Part shown: piece by piece, positions 9,807 to 19,210 of the stretch
Numbering within the stretch: the first letter of the stretch is position 1
How the letters are laid out: each line of letters opens with the position of its first letter
From: an uncultured Staphylococcus sp.
Lineage (GTDB): Bacteria; Bacteroidota; Bacteroidia; Bacteroidales; Muribaculaceae
Direction of reading: 5' to 3'
Length of the DNA: 64,000 nt
NCBI GenBank assembly: GCA_964552825.1
Contig: CAZKIE010000004.1
Location: forward strand, 56,964-120,963
Program-made: the position numbers and the translations under genes
Notes under the pieces: model-generated
Seen by the model: only the letters and a program-made list of their open reading frames with translations
What the model was told of the DNA's origin: nothing
Databases searched by the model: none

Positions 9807-11993
9807 TCAGCGGACGATGTACTTCTTGCCACCGATGATGTAGAGACCGGCGGGAAGAGCCTTGATGTCGTTGGTGTTGGCAGCCTTCTTGACGAGGATA
9901 CCCTGGAGGTTGTAGACATCCTGAGCGTTGGCGGTATCAGCACCTGCGAGCTTGATGGCTGTCTTGGCAGATACGATCACATTGGTGTCCTCTGTGATGT
10001 AGGCTGAGTAGACGCCTTCGACTGCGGTAGCCTCAACATCGTTGACGGTGACTACATATTCGGTGCCATCCTCTGCAACAGGCTCAATGGTGTAGTAGGT
10101 TCCGGGAAGAACGGAGATGGTGGCAGCGTTGTCCTGCTCCTCGGTGAGGTAGTCGGTGGTGAACTTCACGGTCAGACCTTCCTGGATCTCGTTGGTGATT
10201 GTGAGAGCTTCAACCTCGGTGGGATAAACCTTGAGGACATCACCATCCTTGAAATCGTAGAGTGCGGTATATTCATAAGGATAGCTTGTTGTCAGCTCGA
10301 TCTTCTCGTTTTTGTAATAAACCACGGGGTTGGGATACATATCAAGTTGGAAGGGCAGATCCTCGTCGCTGTAATCAAACTCGTTGTAGCCAACTTCGGG
10401 AACCATTTCCCACTTGTGAGGACTTGAATATAAGCTGTATGGAGTGCCAAAGAATCTGGAGATCCATCCGTATTCAGCGTAGGCCACTGTGGAATTACCC
10501 TCTGCGAGATAGAGCATACCGTGGTAGGGACGGGAGAATTCTCCGGTGGTGAAGTCAATCGTCATATCGCCGGTGACGGTGATGGTGAACTGAGTGAGAT
10601 CGGTTATCTCATCGCCGGTTGATGTGGTGACTCCTGTTATGACTCCGGTAGCGGTGGGCAGGAATCGGATCGAGTTGCTTGTCTGGGATACCTTCAATAC
10701 AGTCGTTTTCTCTGTAAATGTTGTTACATTGCTGTAGTTGTAGTTGCCGATATAAGCCTGTATATGAGAGGGATCATCGCAGTTGACAGTAACACTGTAA
10801 GTGGGGATGGGCGTGGCTGTGATATCAAATGTATAGCCTTCCTCTTTGGTAAGTGTTACTTCATAGTAACTGGACCATGTAGAAATTTGTGTTGTCCCGT
10901 TCTGATATATGGAATTGAAGGTGTATGCGTTAGTGTTGAAGTTGATGGTCAGTTTGTGGCCGAGTTTGACGGTAAAGTCGTCGGCAGACCATACCTCAGG
11001 AGCTACTGTCACCCCATTGTCGGTTACGCTGATGGATTCTTCAGTTCCTTCATTGACAAATGTGAACTTGACGGGAACGTCATAGTCGGGGAACTCGGTG
11101 TAGACCTTTACGGTGTCGCCGTTCTCGGGATAAACAGCGAATGAAGAGGAACCCTCGACAATGGCATCATTGAGTGTCACCTTGTAGAGATTATTGCCAT
11201 AAACTGCCGGGGATATGGTAATGGGAAGCTCTTGGGCGGGATTGAATGCTATCTCGGTGATATTGCCTGTGAGAGTAATATCATCATAAATATTGTAGCG
11301 TCGTACTGTCACCTTGTCGGGGTCGCCTATGATATCAAGAATAAATGAACTTGTACGGGATTCGGCAACATTATATGCATCGACTGTGATGATGTTGACG
11401 CCGTCATCAAGGTATTCTCCATAGAGGTAAACTTCGGTAGTCGGATAGTAGCAATAATTACTGCCATCTTCAGTAGCGGCTGATGTAATCATATAACCGT
11501 CGTAGGCCTTGATTGAGATTTGAGTGTCATCGGTTATGTCCAAGGTCCAAGCACCGTCTACCTGATCCTCGCCGTTGAGGGTTGATGAACCATAGTCAAT
11601 GCTGAGGTAAACCATTTTGGGGTCAGCCTTGCAGACAAGACTCTTAGGCTCTCTGGCCTGTGTGGTGCAGGTGAATACGTCACCATCATTGTAGTTGTAA
11701 GAATAGATGCTGACGCGTGATGTGGGATAGTAGCAGAAGGAGGTTCCTTCCTGGTTTGTTACCGATGTGATATAGTAGCCGGTATAGGCGTTGAGACCGA
11801 GAGTGTCCCAGTCGTCTTTGTCAAGTTGGACTGTGACGGAGTTGTTCTCATCCCAAACCATCGGCTGATAGTCATAGGGATCCACTACATACATTGCTTC
11901 AGGGTTGTCCGTTACGACGGTCACGGTAACGGTCTGGGCAAATGCCAGAACACTCATCAGCATCATGACAAGCGAAGCGTAAAATTTCTTCAT
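9807..11993 (-). CDS. Secreted beta-rich repeat protein, T9SS cargo
   Basis: Signal peptide MKKFYASL, duplicated AYxGYxITS...CYYPT module, C-terminal VYNLQG...LPAGLYIIGGKK. Confidence 0.75.
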   Translation of the reverse strand: MKKFYASLVMMLMSVLAFAQTVTVTVVTDNPEAMYVVDPYDYQPMVWDENNSVTVQLDKDDWDTLGLNAYTGYYITSVTNQEGTSFCYYPTSRVSIYSYNYNDGDVFTCTTQAREPKSLVCKADPKMVYLSIDYGSSTLNGEDQVDGAWTLDITDDTQISIKAYDGYMITSAATEDGSNYCYYPTTEVYLYGEYLDDGVNIITVDAYNVAESRTSSFILDIIGDPDKVTVRRYNIYDDITLTGNITEIAFNPAQELPITISPAVYGNNLYKVTLNDAIVEGSSSFAVYPENGDTVKVYTEFPDYDVPVKFTFVNEGTEESISVTDNGVTVAPEVWSADDFTVKLGHKLTINFNTNAYTFNSIYQNGTTQISTWSSYYEVTLTKEEGYTFDITATPIPTYSVTVNCDDPSHIQAYIGNYNYSNVTTFTEKTTVLKVSQTSNSIRFLPTATGVITGVTTSTGDEITDLTQFTITVTGDMTIDFTTGEFSRPYHGMLYLAEGNSTVAYAEYGWISRFFGTPYSLYSSPHKWEMVPEVGYNEFDYSDEDLPFQLDMYPNPVVYYKNEKIELTTSYPYEYTALYDFKDGDVLKVYPTEVEALTITNEIQEGLTVKFTTDYLTEEQDNAATISVLPGTYYTIEPVAEDGTEYVVTVNDVEATAVEGVYSAYITEDTNVIVSAKTAIKLAGADTANAQDVYNLQGILVKKAANTNDIKALPAGLYIIGGKKYIVR

Positions 11994-12149
11994 TGACAAA
12001 TGTGATTTTAAGATTAATTTAGAAAGTTTTTGAATCGATGGGGCAAAAATAATCAAAAAAACATATTTGTGCAAGAATTTATGAAAAAATGTAACCAAAA
12101 CATCTGAAATGGCGGGATAAAGATAGCGAAAACATAGGAAAAATAGATA

Positions 12150-12560
12150 TTAGTCAGTGCCGAATTCGGCCTTGACGTCGAAACAGGGGCATGACCGGGC
12201 GGCAAATTCGCTGTGGCCGTGGACAGTGGCGGAGGGGTAGGTGGCGAGCAGGCTGCCGACGAGGGTGCGGAGGGCGGTGCGCTGTGCATCGGTGCGGGTG
12301 TCGGCGGGTGTGGTGCCGTCGGTCTCGAGTCCGCCTACGTAGACTATGCCTATTGAGTCGCTGTTATGGCCGTAGCAGTGCGCGCCGGGGCGTTCGATGG
12401 GGCGGCCGGGGTGGACGGTGCCGTCGAGGTAGATGACGTAGTGGTAGCCTATGCCGTCCCATCCGTTGGCTCTGTGCCAGCGGTCGATGTCGGCTACTGT
12501 GTGGTGGCGGTGGCGGGGTGTGGCGGTGCAGTGGAGGATGATTTTGGAGATTGTTCGCAT
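12150..12560 (-). CDS. N-acetylmuramoyl-L-alanine amidase (Amidase_2, T7-lysozyme-like)
   Basis: IILHCTAT, IGYHYVI, GAHCYGHN, SIGIVYVGG, GHSEF, CPCFDV; true start MRTISK at 12560; no signal peptide. Confidence 0.92.
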   Translation of the reverse strand: MRTISKIILHCTATPRHRHHTVADIDRWHRANGWDGIGYHYVIYLDGTVHPGRPIERPGAHCYGHNSDSIGIVYVGGLETDGTTPADTRTDAQRTALRTLVGSLLATYPSATVHGHSEFAARSCPCFDVKAEFGTD

Positions 12561-12592
12561 ATTGCAGAGGGGGGTTATGAAGGTTGACTCTG

Positions 12593-12637
12593 CAAAGTTA
12601 ATATCTCCAAAAGCCGAAAAGGTGCGATAATGTCGCG
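12593..12637 (-). promoter_or_regulatory. Conserved promoter module copy A (upstream of amidase)
   Basis: CGCGACATTATCGCACCTTTTCG-N14-TAACTTTG on the minus strand; same architecture at 34486 and 60853. Confidence 0.8.
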
Positions 12638-12644
12638 CAGTGAT

Positions 12645-12925
12645 GCTGGCATAAGCGACCTCTCCGAGGTCGGATGGGTAGTAGGGGGCTGTGTACCCCA
12701 GGCGCAGGCTGCCTGGGGTTGTCTCATGATGTGCGGACCTCCGGCCCGCGGAGGGTGCATATAGCTCCCGATGTCGGGTATGGGGTGTATGGTGTGCGGG
12801 ATGTTGGCCCGCATGGGCGCATATAGCCCCGGATGTCGGGTATTGGGAGTATATGATGTGTAGGTCGTTGGCTTGCATGGGTGCATATAGCTCCCGCTGT
12901 AGGGTATGGGGTGTATGGTGTACGG
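12645..12925. repeat. REP-like hairpin unit plus three ~63-bp tandem units
   Basis: Hairpins CGACCTC-TCC-GAGGTCG and ACCCCAGGC-N7-GCCTGGGGT, then degenerate ATGATGTGCGG...GCATATAGC...GGGTAT units; direct copy at 13779-14080. Confidence 0.85.
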
Positions 12926-12936
12926 GGCTGCCCCGC

Positions 12937-13219
12937 GGAGGTGGACTCGCCGTGAGGGGGTGTGAGAGGTTGATGGCGGGCCGGAGGTGGACTCGCCGTG
13001 AGGGGGGTGTGAGATGTTGATGGCGGGCCGGAGGTGGACTTGTCGTGAGGGGGTGTGAGAGGTTGATGGCGGGCCGGAGGTGGACTCGCCGTGAGGGGGT
13101 GTGAGAGGTTGATGGCGGGCAGGAGGTGGACTCGCCGTGAGGGGGTGTGAGATGTTGATGGCGGGCCGGAGGTGGACTTGTCGTGAGGGGGAGTGAGAGG
13201 TTGATGGCGGGCAGGAGGT
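12937..13219. repeat. 46-bp G-rich tandem array (6 units)
   Basis: GGAGGTGGACTCGCCGTGAGGGGGTGTGAGAGGTTGATGGCGGGCC units starting at 12937, 12983, 13030, 13076, 13122, 13168; no spacers. Confidence 0.95.
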
Positions 13220-13231
13220 CCCGCCGGTCAT

Positions 13232-13302
13232 GAGATAACCCCGGGCAGCCTGCGCCCGGGGACAAGGAGTACAAAATGGTAAGCAACCTCGGAGAGGTTG
13301 TT
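13232..13302. repeat. Inverted, diverged copy of the REP-like unit
   Basis: CCCCGGGCAGCCTGCGCCCGGGG and CAACCTCGGAGAGGTTG are reverse-complement variants of the two hairpins at 12656-12720. Confidence 0.75.
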
Positions 13303-13306
13303 TATG

Positions 13307-13750
13307 TTAACGAAGATCCCGGTCGTCATAGCGTAGCCCGGCTGCTCCGTACAGTCTGGCGAACTCATCATCCAATACGTCTCCAAGATGATGCTGCCGC
13401 TGCCCCTTTATATATTCTATCACGTTGTGTATCTGGTCGTATGCGATGGTTGTGGCGTAGTACTCTCCAGCCCAGCCCGCGAATGAGGAGTATCTTGTGT
13501 CGTGGCTCATCCATGAGCTTGAGTGTCCTTTTATGTTCCTGACAAGAGACGACAGAGCGACGGATGGGTTGAGGTCAATGAGCAGATGTATATGGTTCTG
13601 TATGCCTCCGATCCTTAGCAGGCGACAGTTAAGAAGTTGGATTTCTTTCCAGATGAATCTGTATAGATCATCAGTGTGGGTGAGTGGTATGGTCATCTCC
13701 CGTCGCTTGGTGCAGAATACTATGTGATATAGTGCGGTTACTTTACTCAT
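13307..13750 (-). mobile_element. tnpA: Y1/HUH transposase (IS200/IS605 TnpA or REP-associated tyrosine transposase)
   Basis: YHIVFCTKRR, HUH motif NHIHLL, IKGHSS, W-x3-Y, catalytic EYIKGQ; no tnpB adjacent; flanked by palindromic repeats. Confidence 0.88.
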
Positions 13751-13778
13751 TATATTATATATTGTGGTGTTGTGATTG

Positions 13779-14080
13779 GCTGGCATAAGCGACCTCTCCG
13801 AGGTCGGATGGGTAGTAGGGGTGCTGTGTACCCCAGGCGCAGGCTGCCTGGGGTTGACTCATGATGTGCGGACCTCCGGCCCGCATGGGTGCATATAGCC
13901 CCGGATGTCGGGTATTGGGTGTATGATGTGCGGACCTCCGGCCCGCGGAGGGTGCATGTAGCTCCCGCTGTCGGGTATGGGAGTATATGATGTGCGGACC
14001 TCCGGCCCGCGGAGGGTGCATATAGCTCCCGCTGTCGGGTATGGGAGTATATGATGTGCGGACCTCTGGCCCGCGGAGGA
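13779..14080. repeat. REP-like hairpin unit plus 62-64-bp tandem units
   Basis: Near-identical ~105-bp direct copy of 12645-12749; tandem units start at 13861, 13923, 13987, 14051 (last partial). Confidence 0.88.
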
Positions 14081-14144
14081 GTGATATCTGACGTATATGT
14101 TCGTGGCGGTATATGCTGTGGGGCAGGTGGGTGGTGTGCGGGGT

Positions 14145-15170
14145 TCAATCGGGGGTTGTGGAGGTGCTGAGGAGGGTGATGGCGAGGTCGATGATGGGGT
14201 CGGTGCCTTGGGCTGTCTGTTCGGGTGTGATGTCGAGGGCGCAGCCGGGCGAGGGGGTGACTCCGGTCTCGGTGGACTCGCGGTTGGCGTCGAGTATGGA
14301 GCAGGCTGAGAATCTCACTCCCCATCCGCAGGGGAGCTCGGAGGAGTAGGGCATCCCTGACCCACCTCCGGTGGTGGCTCCGGCCACGAGGACTCCGGGC
14401 AGATTTTTCATCACGGACACGAAATTGTTGGCGGCCGAGAATGTGGACCGGTTGGCCAGCACGACCACAGGCTTGCCCCAACGGATGCGTCCGGCTCCGG
14501 CGGGGTTGTAGGTGATGGCGCGCGGCTCGGAGAAGTCGTCGTGGCCCGGTCCGGTCTTGTGGGAGATGTAGCCAACGACGGTAGGCTCCGTGATGAAGCG
14601 AGACACGAAGGTCTCTACATTGGTGAGCGATCCGCCGCCATTGTCGCGCACGTCGATGATCAGCCCTCGGGCCGTGGACAGAAAGTAGAGCACATTGTCG
14701 AGGTTGCCCTCGCCTACGGTCTGCGAGAAGGTGGGATAGTAGATGTAGCCGATGTTCTCGCTTAGAAAACCATAGATCATCCCCGAGCTCTGACGGTAGT
14801 TGTAGTTGAAATAGTATTGCTCCACGACGCGCTGCGAGAAGTTCTGAGGATAGTCGCTCCACCACTGGCGGTAGTAGGAGGTGTTGAACGACGCGGAGAG
14901 ATTGACGTGGCCGTCGCGCAACTCGTCAAGCATATCGGCGCACACGATGAACAGCTCCTCGCGCGTCATCTCCGCTCCGATGCGCGGGGCATATTTGTCG
15001 TGGATGGCATCCCAGTCGATCCCTTTCTCCTTGAAGAAGCAGTAGTGTTCGTCGAGAATGGTCCAGAGAGCCTCGAAGTTGCCCTCCGGGTTGTCGGCAT
15101 ACTCCTTGATGTCATGGCATGAGGAGAGCGACAGCAATATCAGCAGTGCGGGAATCAGGAATCTGGACAT
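14145..15170 (-). CDS. S41 family peptidase lipoprotein
   Basis: Lipobox LSSC, LRDGHVNL, IIDVRDNGGG, TFSAAN, TGGGSG. Confidence 0.9.
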   Translation of the reverse strand: MSRFLIPALLILLSLSSCHDIKEYADNPEGNFEALWTILDEHYCFFKEKGIDWDAIHDKYAPRIGAEMTREELFIVCADMLDELRDGHVNLSASFNTSYYRQWWSDYPQNFSQRVVEQYYFNYNYRQSSGMIYGFLSENIGYIYYPTFSQTVGEGNLDNVLYFLSTARGLIIDVRDNGGGSLTNVETFVSRFITEPTVVGYISHKTGPGHDDFSEPRAITYNPAGAGRIRWGKPVVVLANRSTFSAANNFVSVMKNLPGVLVAGATTGGGSGMPYSSELPCGWGVRFSACSILDANRESTETGVTPSPGCALDITPEQTAQGTDPIIDLAITLLSTSTTPD

Positions 15171-16030
15171 CAGTAGATAGCGTTAATGATACGTGAGGAG
15201 GACGAGATCCGCTTGCGGCGATCGACGGACAGCCATTCGCCGCTCACTCCGATGGTAAGGGCGTGGGTGAACCGGCGGTTGACGATATGGTTGATCTTGG
15301 ATGAGAAAATGTGGCCCGAATAGCCTATGCGCAGGGCGGTGGCGCCGAAGTGGAGATCGGCGGTCAGCAGATTGTCAAGGCTGAAACGGTTGCCCCACCA
15401 TGCGGCGTGGGCGAGTCCGGACCGGTCGCCGAGATATATCTCGTAGTACAGCTCGCCGTAGTCGGGAGCGAAGAAAATGCCTGTCACCGGGAGCGTGGGC
15501 TGATACATCAGTGTCACCGGAATGTGGAGAAGATTGGTGCGGTAGGCCGCATAGCCGGTCAGGTTGAGAGTCCAGGCCCCCTTGGCCGAGGCAGGGTTGT
15601 TGCCGTTGCGGGCACTGTAGAGCGCGCCGGCCTCGATGCCGGTGGAGCCTCCGAGTGCTATGGTCAGTCCGGCTACCGGACGCCATTTGTGCATCATGCC
15701 CCAGTCCGCCGAGAAGAGCATCCCCCATATAGTCGCGTTGCGGGCGGGATTCTCGGTACGGTCGACCGACAGGTTGGCATGGAGACGCATGGTCCAGCCA
15801 TCGGGATTGAAGCGCATGGCCTGATAGCGGGAATAGTCGAGAGCGGAGTGCCATCCCTTATATTTAAGAGGTGAGAGATAGGTGTCGGCTATGTGTGATG
15901 TCCCGTATTCGGCAGTATAGGTGGCGAATACCGGCCGCAGCGGCTTCTCGCCGTCGGCGGCAAAGGCCGGAAGCCGGAACGACAGCAGTGTGATGATGAG
16001 GACTAAGAGGCGTGGCATGACAGAGCGCAT
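15170..16030 (-). CDS. DUF3316-like outer membrane protein
   Basis: DTYLSPLKYKG, RNGNNPASAK, YGELYYEI motifs; signal peptide; linked to S41 peptidase and parC. Confidence 0.75.
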   Translation of the reverse strand: MRSVMPRLLVLIITLLSFRLPAFAADGEKPLRPVFATYTAEYGTSHIADTYLSPLKYKGWHSALDYSRYQAMRFNPDGWTMRLHANLSVDRTENPARNATIWGMLFSADWGMMHKWRPVAGLTIALGGSTGIEAGALYSARNGNNPASAKGAWTLNLTGYAAYRTNLLHIPVTLMYQPTLPVTGIFFAPDYGELYYEIYLGDRSGLAHAAWWGNRFSLDNLLTADLHFGATALRIGYSGHIFSSKINHIVNRRFTHALTIGVSGEWLSVDRRKRISSSSRIINAIY

Positions 16031-16037
16031 GATGGGA

Positions 16038-18737
16038 TTATTCAAAGAGCCGTTGCTGTCCGGTGAGCTCGTCGCGCACCTCGTCGTCACTTCTCTCCTC
16101 CACTTCTTCCGGCGCAGGAGCCTCAGCGGAGTTTCCGTCGGTCTCCTCTTCGTCGAGTGCTTCCGACGGCAGCGGATCGAGAACACGCACCTCGTCGAGC
16201 GTGAAGTTGGTGAGCCGCTTGCCCTTGGCCTTGAATGATTTGACAGCCACAAATTCCCTCGCCACGATCTCCAAGGCCGGTCGGACGGCATCGGCTCCTC
16301 CGAATACGAGCTCGAAGCGCGCTCCTTCGTGGTCGGAGAGGGTGATGAGCGTGGATTTTTCGTTGTCGCCGAGGAATCGCTGGGGTTTCGAGGTCGGCTC
16401 GAAGGTGAAGCGTTTGAGATAGGGGAATCCCTGGTCGGCATCGTTGAGCACGGCGGTCCATACCTTGTGGGGGACGAATTTCTCGATGCGCAGGATATTG
16501 TCGGGATAGTGGTTGGTGGCGTCAAACGACGATGTATAGTACTCGCCGTTGCGCAGGATCACAAGCACAAGCTCGCCGGGGTTGAACTCGCCGAGCAGCC
16601 GGCCGCGGCCCTCGTAGTTCAGTCGGTTTACGTCGGGGTCGAACCACACGTTGCGGCCGCCGAGGGTGGAGACACCTTCCTTCTTGAGCGTGAAGCGATG
16701 GACTTCGTTACGGGTGACGATATTGCCCATCGCCCCGCGGCCTTTAGGCTTCATGGTGGAGAAATCGACGTCAAACTGAAGGTTCTTCAGCCGTAGCTTG
16801 GGCTTGAGGGTGACTTTCACCACCTCCGCCTCACCGTTGGAGTTGGCCGTAAAGTAGCAGACGCGGCTTCCGGCGGTGCCGCGTGTGAGATTATACTCCT
16901 TGTCGCGTGTGATGCCGGTGACAGGGAAGCGTTTCATATAGTATGTGCCTCCCTTTCCGTCCTGGTATATCACATTATATATAGTGCGTGTGTCGTTACG
17001 CTTGAACACGTCGACATGGATGATCCCCTTGCCGACAAACAGCTTCTCCTGCACCTTCACTACCTTGTAGCGTCCGTCGCGGTAGAATATGATCACGTCG
17101 TCGATCGAAGAGCAGTTACACAGATACTCGTCCTTCTTGAGCGACGTGCCGATGAAGCCTTCCTCGCGGTTGATGTAGAGCTTCTCGTTGGCTTCGGCCA
17201 CGCGTGCGGCCTGGATGGAATCGAAGTTGCGTATGACGGTCATGCGCGGGAAGGCATGGCCATATTTGGCCTTCAGTCTCTCGTACCAGGCGATGGTGTA
17301 GTCCGTGAGATTGCCGAGATGCCCGAGTAGTTCCTCGATCCGGGCCTTGAAGGCGGCTATCTGCTCATCCTGTTTGAGAGAGTTGAATTTCAGGATCCGG
17401 CCCATCTTGATCTCGAACAGGCGGATGATGTCGTCGTCGGTCACGGGACGGATGAATGTCTCCGCCCATTGCTCGAGGCGGCGGCGGATATGGTCGATGG
17501 CTTCCTGACGGTCGCGACTATCCTCATATTCCTTATCCTTATATATGCGCTCCTCGATGAAGATACGCTCAAGTGAGGCGAAGTGGAGCTGCTCGCGCAC
17601 CTCGGCAAGCTGTATCTCCAGCTCGCGGCGCAGGATCTCGCGTGTGCCCTCGGCATTGTGGCGGAGCACGTCGCTTACGCCGATGAAGTGTGGCTTGTCG
17701 TCGTGGATCACGCAGCAGTTGGGTGATACCGACACCTCGCAGTCAGTGAACGCGTAGAGCGCATCGATGGTGCGGTCGCTCGATGTGCCCGGCAGGAGGT
17801 GGACGAGTATGTTGGCGTGCTCGGCCGTGTTGTCGTCGACCTTGCGTATCTTTATCTTGCCACTTTCAAATGCCTTGAGTATCGACTCGATAAGCGTGGC
17901 GGTGGTCTTTCCGTAGGGGATCTCGGTGATGGCGAGTGTCTTGTTGTCGATCTTCTCGATCTTGGCGCGGATCTTCACCGCACCGCCGCGCTCGCCGTCG
18001 TTGTAGCGCGACACATCTATCGAACCGCCGGTGAAGAAGTCGGGGTAGAGCGTGAACTCCTCGCCGCGCAGGTGGGCTATGGCCGCGTCGATGATCTCGT
18101 TGAAATTATGGGGCAGGATCTTGGATGATAGGCCCACGGCGATTCCCTCTACGCCCTGAGAGAGCAGAAGCGGAAATTTGACCGGCAGAGTGACCGGCTC
18201 TTTCTTGCGCCCGTCGTAGCTGAGGGTCCACTCGGTGACTTTGGGGTTGTAGACCACGTCAAGCGCGAACTGCGATAGACGGGCTTCGATGTAACGTCCG
18301 GCGGCGGCTCCGGCTCCGGTGAGGATGTTGCCCCAGTTGCCCTGGGTCTCGACCAACAGTTCTTTCTGTCCGAGCTGCACGAGGGCTTCATAGATCGATG
18401 CGTCGCCATGGGGGTGGAACTGCATTGTGTTGCCCACGATGTTGGCCACCTTGTTGAACCGTCCGTCGTCGAGCAGCTTCATGGAGTGGAGTATGCGCCG
18501 CTGCACCGGCTTGAGTCCGTCGTCGATATGCGGGACTGCACGCTCGAGGATCACGTAGCTCGCGTAGTCGAGAAACCAGCTCTGATACATTCCGCGCAGC
18601 TGATGGCGCACGGTGTCATCCTTGGTATCGACAATTATCTTGGGATCAAATTTAACGGTGGCGGTCTCCTCGGCCTGCAGGTTGTCCTCGTTTTCTTCGG
18701 GATTGAAGTCGTCTATGGTATCAGTCTCGTTGCTCAT
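16038..18737 (-). CDS. parC: DNA topoisomerase IV subunit A
   Basis: DGLKPVQRRIL, FHPHGDASI, AAGRYIEAR with catalytic Tyr, GIAVGLSSKILPHNF. Confidence 0.93.
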   Translation of the reverse strand: MSNETDTIDDFNPEENEDNLQAEETATVKFDPKIIVDTKDDTVRHQLRGMYQSWFLDYASYVILERAVPHIDDGLKPVQRRILHSMKLLDDGRFNKVANIVGNTMQFHPHGDASIYEALVQLGQKELLVETQGNWGNILTGAGAAAGRYIEARLSQFALDVVYNPKVTEWTLSYDGRKKEPVTLPVKFPLLLSQGVEGIAVGLSSKILPHNFNEIIDAAIAHLRGEEFTLYPDFFTGGSIDVSRYNDGERGGAVKIRAKIEKIDNKTLAITEIPYGKTTATLIESILKAFESGKIKIRKVDDNTAEHANILVHLLPGTSSDRTIDALYAFTDCEVSVSPNCCVIHDDKPHFIGVSDVLRHNAEGTREILRRELEIQLAEVREQLHFASLERIFIEERIYKDKEYEDSRDRQEAIDHIRRRLEQWAETFIRPVTDDDIIRLFEIKMGRILKFNSLKQDEQIAAFKARIEELLGHLGNLTDYTIAWYERLKAKYGHAFPRMTVIRNFDSIQAARVAEANEKLYINREEGFIGTSLKKDEYLCNCSSIDDVIIFYRDGRYKVVKVQEKLFVGKGIIHVDVFKRNDTRTIYNVIYQDGKGGTYYMKRFPVTGITRDKEYNLTRGTAGSRVCYFTANSNGEAEVVKVTLKPKLRLKNLQFDVDFSTMKPKGRGAMGNIVTRNEVHRFTLKKEGVSTLGGRNVWFDPDVNRLNYEGRGRLLGEFNPGELVLVILRNGEYYTSSFDATNHYPDNILRIEKFVPHKVWTAVLNDADQGFPYLKRFTFEPTSKPQRFLGDNEKSTLITLSDHEGARFELVFGGADAVRPALEIVAREFVAVKSFKAKGKRLTNFTLDEVRVLDPLPSEALDEEETDGNSAEAPAPEEVEERSDDEVRDELTGQQRLFE

Positions 18738-19036
18738 CGGGTGGGGTTAGTTACACTCGCAAAGATAGTAAAAATTTATGATAATTCCATAAATTACAAT
18801 AAAATGCTATAAATCAAAATATTGCAGTAATAGTTAAAATATGTGAATGGGGGTATTCTGCTGCAATAGGTCATAGCTGCATATGAAAGTAGCAAAATGA
18901 CACTATTTCTGGATAAAAGTGACAAAAATCCACTAAAATGTCGATTTTGCGTCTAAAAGTTGCAAAATATGTTAAAATCGAAAAATTTTTATCGAAAATA
19001 TTTGCACGGATTTCAAAAAGGCTATACATTTGCAAT

Positions 19037-19105
19037 GTGTTTTTCATGGTATTAGATTTAAGGTTAACAAAAGATTGGTTGTCGGGACGACAATCAATTT
19101 TTTTT
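19037..19105 (+). ncRNA. Putative ~70-nt small RNA
   Basis: TACATTTG box at 19025-19032, short non-coding stretch, hairpin ATTGGTTGTCG-GGA-CGACAATCAAT plus T-run. Confidence 0.55.
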
Positions 19106-19133
19106 GTCCTGACTTCAAGGTCGTGATTTTATA

Positions 19134-19182
19134 AAACAAGTATCGCCCGCCGGGTCATATTCCCGGTGGGCGATACTTGTTT
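19134..19182 (-). terminator. Intrinsic terminator of the lipoprotein gene
   Basis: AAACAAGTATCGCCCGCCGGG...CCCGGTGGGCGATACTTGTTT long inverted repeat. Confidence 0.8.
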
Positions 19183-19210
19183 CTTTTATCTTCAGGATAT
19201 GGAGGATTCG

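Noticed and set aside
12561-13286. Long N-terminal extension of the amidase ORF and ORFs 12575-13231 and 13755-14021
   Set aside because: They are translations of stop-poor repeat DNA; the promoter and ATG at 12560 define the real gene.
12937-14080. Possible CRISPR array
   Set aside because: Units are contiguous with no unique spacers, and no cas genes are present.
16031-16525. 451-aa version of the DUF3316-like ORF
   Set aside because: The extension overlaps parC in another frame; the signal peptide starts near 16030.
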